NCBI GenBank assembly: GCA_033119305.1 | Contig: VSWD01000008.1 | Span: 62,068,347-62,132,346, forward strand | Length of the DNA: 64,000 nt | Reading direction: 5' to 3' | Origin: Pinctada imbricata | Lineage: Eukaryota | Part shown: positions 1-11,618 of the stretch, one piece after another | Numbering within the stretch: the first letter of the stretch is position 1 | Layout: the number at the start of each line of letters is the position of its first letter | Translations under genes and position numbers: made by a program | The notes under the pieces: generated by a model | What the model was told of the DNA's origin: nothing | What the model saw: the letters and a program-made list of their open reading frames with translations, nothing else | Databases searched by the model: none

Positions 1-127
1 TGTTCAAATATTACATCGCCAGTTTTGAACTTGTAAATCAACAATGCTAAAATGATGTCAACTGAAAAATAAACTACATAATTAGATAGTAATTTACTCA
101 AATTATAAGAAATGACTGTAATACTTT

Positions 128-238
128 TTTCTATCTGTCAGTATATAGACAAAAACCAATGCACAAACTATAATCCATGATTTTGTTTGTGCATCGGTTT
201 TTGTCTATAAATTTTGTACATCGATAGACAGAAACATA
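128..238. repeat. Palindromic hairpin: a ~25-bp near-perfect inverted repeat (tatagacaaaaaccaatgcacaaac / gtttgtgcatcggtttttgtctata) around a 16-bp loop
   Basis: Read directly; the second arm is the reverse complement of the first with one mismatch. Confidence 0.5.
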
Positions 239-299
239 GTGTAATCAAAGATTACGAAGCTCACCTCGTGGCAGCAAAGTTCAATTTAAACATATCTCT

Positions 300-840
300 A
301 AGTACATGTATATTAAGATAATCACTCAAGTGGAAAAAAGTAGGTCAAGGTCATTTCATGAAAGTTTGATCAAAGATACATCCAATATGCAAGTTTGGTA
401 CATGTAGCACTTATACTTTGCTCAATATTGGCCTTTAAAGGAAAATCACTCAAGCGGAAAAAGTAGGTCAAGGTCATTTTATGAAAGTTTGATCAAAGAT
501 ACATCCAATATGCAAGTTTGGTACATGTAGCACTTATACTTTGCTCAATATTGGCCATTAAAGGCAAAAATCACTCAAGTGGAAAAAGTAGGTCAAGGTC
601 ATTTTATGAAAATTTGATCAAAGATACATCCAATATGCAAGTTTGGTACATGTAGCACTTCTACTTTGCTCAAAATTAGCCTTTAAAGGCAAAATCACTC
701 AAGCGGAAAAAGTAGGTCAAGGTCATTTTATGAAAGTTTGATCAAAGATACATCCAATATGCAAGTTTGGTACATGTAGCACTTATACTTTGCTCAATAT
801 TGGCCTTATAAGGCAAAATCACTCAAGCGGAAAAAGTAGG
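300..840 (+). repeat. Satellite A: ~123-bp unit, ~4.4 copies (gtaggtcaaggtcattttatgaaagtttgatcaaagatacatccaatatgcaagtttggtacatgtagcac...)
   Basis: Periodicity read directly: gtaggtcaaggtc at ~340, 463, 587, 709, 833. Confidence 0.85.
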
Positions 841-1600
841 TCAGATGCTGCATCCGATGCATGGGTTCACCTCAGCCTCCCAAGATGAATCCCTTGTTCA
901 AGTTTGGTTACTGTAGCATCAGTACTTTGTCAGATATTGAACTACCCCAAAAACTTTAACCAGACATTGACAAAGTCATTCAACCAGAAAATGTAGGTCA
1001 GATGCTGCATCCAATGCATGGGTTCACCTCAGCATCCCAAGATGAATCACTTGTTCAAGTTTGGTTACTGTAGCATCAGTACTTTGTCATATACTGAACT
1101 ACCCCAAAAACTTTAACCAGACATTGACAAAGTCATTTAACCGGAAAATGTAGGTCAGATGCTGCATCCGATGCATGGGTTTACCTCAGCATCCCAAGAT
1201 GAATCACTTGTGCAAGTTTGGTTACTGTAGCATCAGTACTTTGTCATATACTGAACTACCCCAAAAACTTTAACCAGACATTGACAAAGTCATTCAACCG
1301 GAAAATGTAGGTCAGATGCTGCATCCGATGCATGGGTTTACCTCAGCATCCCAAGATGAATCACTTGTGCAAGTTTGGTTACTGTAGCATCAGTACTTTG
1401 TCAGATACTGAACTACCCCTAAAACTTTAACCAGACACTGACAAAGTCATTCAACCGGAAAATGTAGGTCAGATGCTGCATCCGATGCATGGGTTCACCT
1501 CAGCATCCCAAGATGAATCACTTGTGCAAGTTTGGTTACTGTAGCATCAGTACTTTGTCAGATACTGAGTTACCCCAAAAACTTTAACCGGACGCGGACG
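836..1600 (+). repeat. Satellite B: ~155-bp unit, ~5 copies. Related to satellite A (shared aaatgtaggtca and caagtttggt.a.tgtagca motifs) and directly abutting it
   Basis: gtaggtcagatgctgcatcc at ~836, 994, 1149, 1305, 1460. Confidence 0.85.
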
Positions 1601-1640
1601 GGGACGGGGACGGGGACGCGGACGCGGACGCCGGGGTTAT
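1598..1640 (+). repeat. Hexanucleotide microsatellite (GGGGAC/GCGGAC)n just before the F1 3' hairpin
   Basis: ggacgcggacggggacggggacggggacgcggacgcggacgcc. Confidence 0.9.
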
Positions 1641-2380
1641 AGCATAAGCTCATCTCAACTTCGTCGAGGTGAGCTAAAAATTATTAGTCATTTCTTAATG
1701 ACATGTCTGGTATTTCAATTTACCTATATCTGAATTGTTCGACAGTTTTTAGCGTAGCTTCGTCATCTGAGTCAGGGTCTTCATCCGGTGGGCGTCCAAT
1801 ATCCGTGGTGGGTAAGAACTTGCCCAGTAACCCAGTGTGAAGCTGTACCAAGCACGCTGTAGCTATAAATATCACCGACAGAGAAACCAACGCAAATACA
1901 GCTCCTGATTGAGAAAGAGAAGGAATTCATGATTAAGATGCTTCATGAAATCATATTACATCAATCTTTGACTTTTCCACAAGTCATAATCTGATTTTAA
2001 GAAGTTTCTTTCATAAGAAAAATCCTATAAGCTTTCAATGATTGAACTTACAGAACTTTTTTACTGATTATACACATGAATATCAATGCATTTTCATGAG
2101 CAAAGAAAATAGACCATTTTCCATTCTTGTAAGACGTCTAAGTCAACATCTTTTGGCATTGCTTTTCATTATGACATCAATGTTCCACAATTCCAAAAGT
2201 TCCTACTTTGGACATTTTTCTTCATTTTGTCAGCAATTATGAATTTCTGCAAGTGGTCTATTATGCAACTTCTCAAAATGGTGATTCTTTTTTTGTATGA
2301 ATATAAAGCTAAGGTTATCATTGAAAGGTTATGAAAGAAGGTAAACACTTATTCATTACTATATTTTTGTAACTTAAAAA

Positions 2381-3076
2381 AAAAATAGCAATCCAAGGTA
2401 TGCTTGTGTCGCCTGTGAAGCGGCTTATTTTTAAAAAGTGGATCAAATATGTAGGTTAAGGTCACTTGGTTCAAAATTATTGGTATCAGTAGGTAAGTCT
2501 TGTCAAAGGATATTCACATGTGAAATATCAGACCTCTTACTAGATATGGTGAATCTCAAATGTTCAACAAAGAAAGTCAATCATCCAGGTCAAGGTCACT
2601 AGGTAAAAAATTGTTGGTAACAATAGAAAGGTATCATCATAAGAAATACACATGTGGAATATTACAGTCCTACCTATCACTTACCAACAACCAGGTTAAA
2701 GTTTTGTCTACGGACAACGACAACGACGCTGCCGCCGAGGGTATGACATTAGCTCGTCGGACTTTCGTCCCGGCGAGCTAAAAATTATAATTTGTGTAGA
2801 AAGGTCTTGTCATAAGGAATACATGTGTGAAATACCATAGCCCTATCACTTACCAATAAAAAATATAGCCAATCTTGATTTTTTAAAGGTAGGTCAAATA
2901 TCTAGATCAAGGTCACTAGGTCAAAAATAATGGTATGTGTAGAAAGGGGTTGTCAAAAGGAATTCACATGTGAAATATCAAGCCCAATCACTTACCAATC
3001 AAAAGTTATGGGGTATGACACCCAAAGTGTGACAGACAGACGGACAACTTACAAAGTGCGCAGGCGACACAAAAAG
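2381..3076 (+). mobile_element. Family F2 satellite-bearing element, with an internal F1-type 3' module (GACAAC microsatellite + hairpin GCTCGtcGGACtttcGTCCcggCGAGC + taaaaattat at 2700-2789)
   Basis: The F2 5' terminus aaaatagcaatccaaggWatgctYgtgtcgcctgYgaagcggc matches those at 32186 and 43318. The F2 3' terminus aaagttatggggtRtgacacccaaagtgtgaca(GAC)n...gcgcaggcgacacaaaaa matches 33180-33302 and 44090-44190. Terminal inverted repeats gtgtcgcctgtgaagc / gcgcaggcgacac. Confidence 0.55.
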
Positions 3077-4417
3077 TGTTTAGTCACAAGTAAAAGTATT
3101 ACTCCTCACTCTAGGAAGAGGGCTTTATACAATGTTGGTAAAACTTGTTGCCCAATTCCTTTTTGTTTTATTGAAATAAAAATGCTTAAACTAAACTCCT
3201 CACTCTGCTAATACATGTTAGAGATAAGAAATAATCAATTAATATATTTACATTTAATTCAAACAAAATTATAAACTCAAATGCTACAGAAAACAAAATT
3301 AAATATACATGTTTCATACAAGTAAAAATGATAACAATTACTGGTAATCTCTTTAAACAAATACTGAATTCAAATTCTTCCTTCCTGTTCTTGAATTTAA
3401 CAGTATTTATAAGCTTAAAACCTTACTATAAAGACTGTAAGGAAGGACATATTAGTAATATAAGGTGATTATGATTATTCAAATTTAATATACCGGTAAG
3501 TACATGAAGAACAAGAAGTTTCTATTGACACTATAGCTCTACTGGTTTATCAAAAGTATATTTTGATATACCTCTGCTATGTTCCTTACATGTATATTAA
3601 AGGGTTTCTTAATAACACTGAGATCATTTTCAAAATGTGAAGATTAGATTAGAGATGGTAAGAAAATTCTTGTATGTTTGATATTAGCTGAGATGAGTAC
3701 ATGGTTCCCACAGGTGACCATATATAAACAAATGAAGAATTAGCAATCTACATACCTTTGGTTAAGACTAGGCTAGCAATATTGCACAACAACCATAAAA
3801 TCAAAGAAAAAATTGGATATTTCCATCTGGAAAGAAACAAAACAAATATAAGCAAGAGTTCCATAACTGCATGATTCATTTTGTTTTTAAATGAAGAAAG
3901 ATAATTCTCCTACACAAATTTTCAGCTTACATACATGTATACATGTATTACATGTACACGTAGAGTGAACGAAATACTAACGGAACTATGTGAAGTAACT
4001 GGTATAGTACATCCATGTTACATTGATAAATTGATATAAAAATTAAGGAGCTGCATGTAGTATAGTCTGTTCTTACCTTCGTATATCCTCTAGACAAGTA
4101 TATCAGGAAAGAAACTAGGCTCTATCAGGCGCGAAAATCTCTCTACTTCAAAGACAAAATCAGCGAGGTCCATGCGTCCATACTTGGAGTTCTTTTTACT
4201 ATCCACTTTACCATTAGTGAGATCATCAGTCTTTGTATCCTTGACAAAACAATACCATGATAAAATGATAATAAGCTATTATGTTAAAAGCAGTTCTATA
4301 ATGTACACTACAGATACTGTACGCTTCTCATGTACTGTAAATTCTAAAAGAATCTTAACAAGAGTATTACAAAAACTTAAAAGCATACTGATCACCAACA
4401 TGTATAACAATTACAAT

Positions 4418-4725
4418 AAAAACATTAACACAAATGCCCCCGTCGGCATCTTTGTCAGTAAAAATTCTAAAATGGTCAAACTCAAAGGTCAAGGGGTCAA
4501 ATATTTTGGCATCCATGGAAAGGTCTTGTTACAAGGAATACACATGTGAAATATCAAAGCCCTATCCCTTACCACTCATGGCCAAGGTAAAAGTATTTTG
4601 AAAGTATCCTTTACCATTCAAAAGTTATTAGCAAGGTTAAATTTTTTGCAGATAAACAGACAGACAAACCAACAGAGCAAAAACTACATGCCCCCGAATC
4701 TTTGAATACGGGTGCATATTAAAAA
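4418..4725 (+). mobile_element. Short family F3 element (~1.3 satellite units). 5' aacacaaatgcccccgtcggcatctttgtcagt, (CAGA)n, and 3' hairpin atgcccccgaatctttgaatacgggtgcat
   Basis: Both termini match the F3 copies at 6143, 24581, 34606, 49861 and 55639. Confidence 0.55.
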
Positions 4726-4845
4726 TAAACCCTAAACTACTACAGGCAATAAGGCCAAATCGAGACTTTGAGATGCGTCAGTTTTAGTTGAAGTTTACTT
4801 TATCTACCAGTATCTAAGGAATTATTACAATTTTAATTGTTTTGG

Positions 4846-5905
4846 AATGTAGGTCAAAGTTCAAGGTCAATGTCATGATCTAAAATGAAAGGTCTTGTAA
4901 CCTTGTAACTCTTTTCATAAAAATCAAATTCAAGGAATTGTGATCCCCAACTTTTGGGCGTTTGTCTTTCAAGAAATGCTTACAGGGCCCCCCAACCCCC
5001 ACCCCTATTCTTAGGTTTTCATAATATATCTAATGTATTATAAAAATTCTATGTATTATAAAAATTCTATGTATTGTAAAAATTCTAAATATCAAAAGAA
5101 AAGGTCAAAACTTTTGTTACCAAGGGTAAGGTCTGGTGAAAAGGGATGTACATGTGAAATAGGAAAGTCCTATCATTTACCATCCAAAAGTTATGGTCAA
5201 GGTTGAAGATTTTAAATGAGTATCAACCTCCAAGGATGAGGTCACTAAGTCGGAATGTCTTGTCACAAGGAATACACATGCGAAATATGAAAGCTGAACC
5301 ACCAACCATTCAAAAGTTATGGTCAATGTTAAATTTTCTGAAAAGTAGGTCACACTCCAAGGTCAAGGTCACAAAGTCATAACTTTTGGTATCCATGGAA
5401 AGGTCTTGTCACAATGAATACAAATGTGAAATATGAAAGCCCTATCACATACCACTCAAAAGTTACAGGTCAAGGTTAAAGTTTCTGAAAAGTAGGTCAA
5501 ACTCCAAGTCAAGGTCACCAGGTCAAAACTTTAGTATCCATGGAAAGGTCTTGTCACAAGGAATAAACATGTGAAATATAAAAGCCCTATCACTTCTCAT
5601 TCAAACGTTATGGACAAGGTTTAAGTTTTTGAAAAGTAGGTCAATCTCCAAGGTCAAGGTCACAAGGTCAAAATTTTTGGTATCCATTGAAAGGTCGTGT
5701 GAGAAGGAATACACATGTGAAATATGAAAGCCCTATCACTTACCATTCAAAAGTTAAAGACAAGGTTAAAGTTTTTTTCTATTTTTTATATCACTTGATA
5801 TAACATGTATGAAGGTTATCAAGAACAAGGTTTAAGTTTTTCTTACTGACTGACAGACACACAGACAGACAGATGGACCAGTTTTAATGTCCCCGCGCTT
5901 TCGTG
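4846..5905 (+). repeat. Array of ~140-bp AAAGTAGGTCA satellite units (~7, some degenerate). It ends with (GACA)n and a variant 3' hairpin gtccccgcgctttcgtgaaaacaggggac. An embedded 19-bp triplication lies at 5040-5095
   Basis: Units read directly (ggtcaaggtca...ggaatacacatgtgaaatatgaaagccctatcac); terminal hairpin stem GTCCCC/GGGGAC. Confidence 0.6.
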
Positions 5906-6142
5906 AAAACAGGGGACAAAAAATATTCATGTAAAATATGAAAGCTATACTGCTTATGGTTTAACTTCAAGAGATACATGTATGGTCAACTTTAAGTTTT
6001 TGAAAAGTATGCAAAATTTCAAGGTCAAGGCCATTAGGTCAAAGGTCAAGGTTTCACATGAAAGGCCGTGTCATAAGAAATCTTCAAGAAGATTAGGAAT
6101 AACAAAGCTGTATCCATTACTGCTGAAAGATATAAACAATAA

Positions 6143-6718
6143 AATCTGTGTTTGTGAAACACGATCCCCCGTTGGCATCTTTGTCAGTAAAACAGATGAA
6201 AAGAAGTTCACATTTGAGGTCCAGGTCACAAGGTCAAATTTAGTATCCTTGGAAACATCTTGCCACATGGAATTCATATGTAAAATATGAAAGCCCTATC
6301 ACTTACCATTCAAAAGTTAAGGCTAAAGTTTAAATTTTCGAAATTAGGTCAAATTCCAAGGTCAACATCACAAGGTCAAAAATTTTGGTATCCATGGAAA
6401 GGTCTTTTAACAAGGAATACAAATGTGAAATATGAAAGCCCTATCACTTACATGTACCAGTACCATTCGAAAGTTATGCCCAAGGTTAAAGTTTTTCAAA
6501 AGTAGGTCAAACTCCTAGGTCAATGTCACAAGGTCAAAAATTTTGGTATCCATGGAAAGATCTTGTCACAAGGAATACAAATGTGAAATAGGAAAGCCCT
6601 TTCACTTACCATTCAAAAGTTATTACCAAGGTTAAAGTTTTTGCAGGACAAACAGACAGACAGACGGAAAGACCAAAAACTATATGCCCCCGAATCTTCG
6701 ATAACAGGGGCATAAAAA
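6143..6718 (+). mobile_element. Family F3 element: 5' tctgtgtttgtgaaacacgatcccccgttggcatctttgtcagt, 4 satellite units, (ACAGAC)n and 3' hairpin atgcccccgaatcttcgataacaggggcat
   Basis: Termini match the other F3 copies; the internal ~142-bp units carry AGGTCA direct repeats. Confidence 0.65.
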
Positions 6719-6719
6719 G

Positions 6720-6990
6720 TTAATGTTATCGAAAAGTAGATCAAATGTCAAACTTCAAGGAAATGTCACTAATTCAAAAGTCAAGTACATGTACTCAAAT
6801 GAAGATTATGCCACAACGAATTCACACGTGAAATACAGAATCCCTGCCCCTTAAGGTTCAAGAGATTTACTGAAGGTTTTAAGATTTTTTAAAAGTAGGT
6901 CAAACTTCATGGTCAAAGTCACTAGTTCAAACTCAAAGGTTGAGGCAAAAATAATACGCTGAAAACACGTAGTATACCATACATGTAGGT
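6720..6990 (+). repeat. Degenerate copies of the same ~140-bp satellite
   Basis: aaaagtaggtcaaa...ggtcaaagtcact motifs, diverged. Confidence 0.45.
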
Positions 6991-7959
6991 GGGTGAATGG
7001 GTCTTTGTTCTGTTTGGGGGACCGGGACTACATGTATATAGGAAAAAACAAAATTTTAACGACTATTTTTCACTGATTTTTTTTCTGAATTAGGATTGTT
7101 CTACCGTTTTAAAGTTGTGTTTTGCTGATATTTTTGCAATCTCCTACACATGCGTACTGATTTCAGTTCCACTTTTCTTCACTTTGAAATCTACCTCTGC
7201 CGTCATCGCCTATTGTTTATCTGCATGATTCTTGCAGACTGGAACTGGGGCTTCATATTTGTAAATAAAATACTGCAAGTATATATCATCAGGTTTGACT
7301 ACATTCATGAGGTATACAGTGTACATGCAATGCTTTTTTTTCAATGAAATACGATGCATTATCAGGGATTCTTTCTTCATTTGTACGTTGCCAACACGAT
7401 CAGCTGAGCGAGAAGTCTCCGATAAAAATACAAATTCTGGCCATAAATCGAAACCTACCGTGATTCTTGTAAATTTTCCTACATCATGACAAGAATCTTT
7501 TCATTCATTGCCAATTTACTTGCCCCTAAACATTCAAATATGTGCCTCTACCTTTGAATCCTTTGCAATGTTTAGGTCAGAAGTCCGAATGACGTCACTG
7601 TGACGACATGCCGTACCTGCGTTGCCTCTCAGGTTTTATTATTGCGTGAAACGGCGTAGGAAAATAGCGATGACGGCAAGGTTATATTGCAAGCCTGTGC
7701 CGCCTATGATCTTGTTGCAAGTTGATATTTTTGTACTTGGAGATACAAATGTACCGGTACATAGGGTGAAACTTTAAGCGCACTCCTCAGAATAATCTCG
7801 TTTGAGATTTGTGCACACGTCTATTTCCTATGCTGTGTTTTACAACTACTGTATACTTGCTACAATTAAAACTGCATAGTAAAAAGAGGCGTGCACAAAT
7901 CTCCAACAAGATTATCCTTGGAGGTTCGTGTTGTTCTGACTAAAACAGTGTAGTGGTGA

Positions 7960-8540
7960 CCGGTAGTTGCAGGTATCGATTGTTCAGTACAAGCCATCTA
8001 TGAGCATTGCAACCCAACCATTACCCATAGACAACGAGGGCGTTTGTTTTTATCCTGTTTTTAATGAGAGCCTTCCCTGGCATGTTTTTAAACTCATGTG
8101 CGATAATGCCCCACAAGGAGCCCAGCACATTACCGGAAGAAGAAGAAGAAGAAGTTCTAAGACTGAGCTATTAGGATGTCCCTTTAGCTCACTCGGCAAT
8201 GAGTCTGAGACTCTGACTATCACGGCCAGGAATCGAGTCCCGGACCAGGCACCTGCAAACTACTTCATTAGCGATGAGGTGAAAAATTGGTGTGTGTGGG
8301 CCAGCTTGATCTGCAGGAGTGGAGGCAGAACCCTGCCAGGGGTTGGAGGGTGGCCACACAGCGGGGTACACCCACAGCCCTCAACAAAAGGGGGAAGGGT
8401 GTAGTGTTTTCAGGTAGTTGCAGGTACCGATATTTCAGTACAGGTACAAAGACTGAGCTATCGGGATTTCCCTTTAGCTCACTCAGCAACGAGTCTGACT
8501 ATCACCCGGACAGCCAGGGTTCGAGTCCTGAAAGTTACTT
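7960..8540 (+). repeat. Tandem duplication (~445-bp period) of a GC-richer unit with a tRNA-like A box (tagctcactcRgcaaYgagt) and B box (gGttcgagtcc). A candidate tRNA-derived SINE head
   Basis: The unit agactgagctatYRggat.tccctttagctcactc.gcaa.gagtctga...cgagtcc occurs at 8160-8250 and 8448-8530. Both copies are preceded by gtagttgcaggtaYcgat. Confidence 0.35.
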
Positions 8541-10181
8541 TGATTATTCTGTTTACATGATTCAAAATAAATTGTAAGGTGTCTGCGGGCTTTTTAAATT
8601 GTGCCCTGTTTGACGTCCACGATTCTTTAGCCCTCCTCTGATCAGAGGAAACTAGAACTATATTTATCTCACTCTAACGCTTACTGTCATTTTTGGAATG
8701 CCTGGCAGGTATGTATGTAATGATTATTTTAATAACGTTGGAATCACATCATTTAACGAAAAGAAAGTGTCAATTTTAATACATTGAGCCAGCCAGTTTG
8801 TTTATTTTTACCACTTCCGCTTTGGACAAGAGCAGACAACTCTATTTTTCTGCGAGGTTTTTTTTTTTGGGGGGGGTGTATGTGCTACAATAACTCAATT
8901 TCATTGAAATGAAATAAACGAAGATAGTGTAAAAGATCTCCAATGCTCATAGATGGTTCTTATCTTTATATTCATTAAAGCACTGATATGTCCCCCATCC
9001 CAAATAAAAATAAGTTTCTTTGGGAGGGAGGGGGGGCTTTTTATCCCATTTTTATATCTTTTTTTCGCTCGTCAGATTCATAAATTGTTGAAAGGAAATA
9101 TTCTGAATCTTGAACTCATTATATAAATGATAATCGGTCGGCTCTGTGTTGAACTTGACAGTAACAAAAATATCAACCCCCTCCCTCCATCGGAATAAAA
9201 TAATCGTCCCCGTGTTTAAATATTCAAGTTGACAACGCATATATTGTATAAAAACAAAGATATAAGAATTGAAAATCAAGGAAAGTCTTATGTAAATTTC
9301 TCTTCGTAACGTGCATACTCTTCCAATGTGTCACTGTTCACAACTTGAGTGAGAAAGTACAATCCAGGAACTCCGCTCTCCTTTTCCTTTTAATAGAAGA
9401 TACAAACTACATTTTTTAGGTTTACAAAGCGTAAACTTGTATAGTTTATTGTAACCTTGAGAACATACATCTCATTGGTACAGTACATGATAATTACATT
9501 AATCAATTGAATATACAAGTGAACGGGGACGAATACATCGTTCCCTTTCACACAATATAGAGGATGGTCAAGCATATAGAAATGGTGTATACAGCAATAT
9601 TTTCATACAAAACTTAAGAATGCAATTGCCTGTCTCTAAGAGTTTTACCCAGTATTTCAAAATTTTTTTTTTCTTTTTCTAACAATATGTAAATGCAATC
9701 TTCCCACTTATGATAACACAATTGACGTTCTCTTTTTAATATGCATATATACAAAGTTAGGTTTTTATTACTAATTAAATATTAATTACCTCTTTGTGGG
9801 AATAATCACCGATAAATTTTCTATTATCACGTGTTGTGTTTTCATATAATAAATAAACATGCGTCGCTTTGAATACATAATAAGAATATAATTGGATAAG
9901 ATTTAAATTAATGTGTTTTGACTTTACCCTATTCATTTAGAAATATTACTTCAAACCGGAGTATCAATATTAAACTTTTTCCCATATAAATAAGGGTCCT
10001 TCAAATCATTTCAATTCAGCATCGGCCTCTTAGTTCATATTATCTGGTCACATACCTTATATTGTTAAATATCACTCAAACCATATATTTTAGTTTAAAA
10101 TACTTAGATAAAGAAATAGAGAAGATAAAAAGTATACTGAAGATTTAATTTTTTCATAAGACTTCAAAATAAATTAAAGCT

Positions 10182-10656
10182 ATGTCTAAGATAAGTGAAC
10201 TGAAAGATCGTCTGAGAGAACAGGAAGCATATTACGCTTCCGCTTGTGTCCAGTTGTCCGCACTCAACATCCAGATGGAACAGCTGGCGAAGAGATTTGA
10301 AAGGGCTGAAGAAAAGGGACAAAAATCGTTCCGCTATTCTTTGCGCATGCGTATGGCTGTCTTGGAAGGAGTACGCAACATGTTCTATGAATTCGCCTCA
10401 CTCAAGGCCAACGTCATCAGCCGATTACGTCACGAAATTCTAATCGAACACGTCTTTTCTGAGGCTAATATGGCCGACTTGAATGACTCCTATCCCATAT
10501 TTGGAAGATACGGTTTGCCTCTCTTCATGGTAGGTAATAACAATGAAGACGAGGAAGAAGACGGAGAATTAGATGAAGAGGAGGAAGATGATTACTTGAC
10601 AGAAACAGACGAAGAATTGCCTAGAGAGCGGAGACGTGGAAATTACTACATCTTGA
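10182..10656 (+). CDS. Candidate first coding exon of an unidentified gene. The product is coiled-coil N-terminal (MSKISELKDRLREQEAYY...) with a poly-acidic stretch (NEDEEEDGELDEEEEDDY); the exon ends at a GA|GTGAGT donor at 10656
   Basis: 176-codon ORF in a locally GC-richer segment. Start context aaagctATGtct. Consensus donors at 10528 (G|GTAGGT) and 10656 (GTGAGT). No homologue recognised. Confidence 0.35.
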
Positions 10657-11618
10657 GTGAGTACTATTTGATTTTATATTCATTGCTCGAACTTGGTGTG
10701 TCAGATATTTAATGTAAAAAAAAATAGATTACAAGCGGAAGAAAGAAAAATCGGATTTCCAGAAAATTGTTAACAACTCAGCCATTATAATGGTTTCACA
10801 CATCTCCATTTCAGATTCTGCTTCACCATGATGTATACCAACAGTAGTAACTACCACACAAGGGAGTATACCATTCTATTTTAACAACAATGTGAGGGCT
10901 TGTCCCGTTGAAATGTTCTGACGGAAGAACCCATCATCCATTCATATTAATGTAAACCCCTTATCCGAGAAAAATGTTCTAGGAATATCCATCGAAAAAG
11001 TTATGCAATAAAAACAGAAAACCTCTTTCGAACGATATAAACAAGGGGGAGCGATGTACAAATCAACACAGGTATCAATTAAAAAAAAATATATATATCA
11101 AAAATTTACCATGGTTAACTTCAGTTTCAGATGCTCTTCTGACAACCATTATCCATCATCCAACGACAAAGGTCCTCAAAGAGAAGAGGAGTGTGCGACC
11201 GGTACCACATAAGAACTGAATGCTGTGTAATGGTTTCATTTTTATAAGACACTTCTTACGTTAAGATTGTGTTATGAGACGACAAGCCCAAGAGTCAACA
11301 TTGAAGTAAAATACATGAATACTGTGAGAATCTTACTAGTTTTGTTTATTCTGATCAAGCGTGAATAATTAAAGTTTTGTGAAAATATTTATTTGTTGAC
11401 AATCTTTTAATGGAAAATATGTCTGGAAGCTATAAATGCATGTACAAAGGTAAGAGGGTGATGCGAAATGAATACACATAAGTTTGTTTGAGAATGTGAT
11501 CGCATTTGCACTTTAAATGTTGGAATACACGAAACATTTGCTATTTCAAATCCTGTAATGAACAACAGCAAGGCAAAGATTTCGAACGAAAATTGTCACG
11601 CTGCTCAAGTATAATTTT

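Larger units (their letters stand above)
241..1684 (+). mobile_element. Non-autonomous satellite-bearing element, family F1 (HINE/pearl-like). Conserved 5' terminus gtaatcaaagatKac..gctYacctcg, two satellite blocks, a (GGGGAC/GCGGAC)n microsatellite, a 3' hairpin and the tail gagctaaaaattat
   Basis: The 5' terminus recurs at 17711. The 3' module (hairpin + GAGCTAAAAWTTAT) recurs at 2776, 18512 and 21222. Subterminal inverted repeats agctcacctcg (258-268) and cgaggtgagct (1665-1675). Confidence 0.6.

Noticed and set aside
8189-8577. ORFs 7967-8404, 8189-8371, 8268-8489 and 8287-8577 in the GC-rich segment
   Set aside because: They are overlapping frames on both strands over a duplicated SINE-like unit, with no splice sites or homology. 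The segment is GC-rich repeat, not coding.
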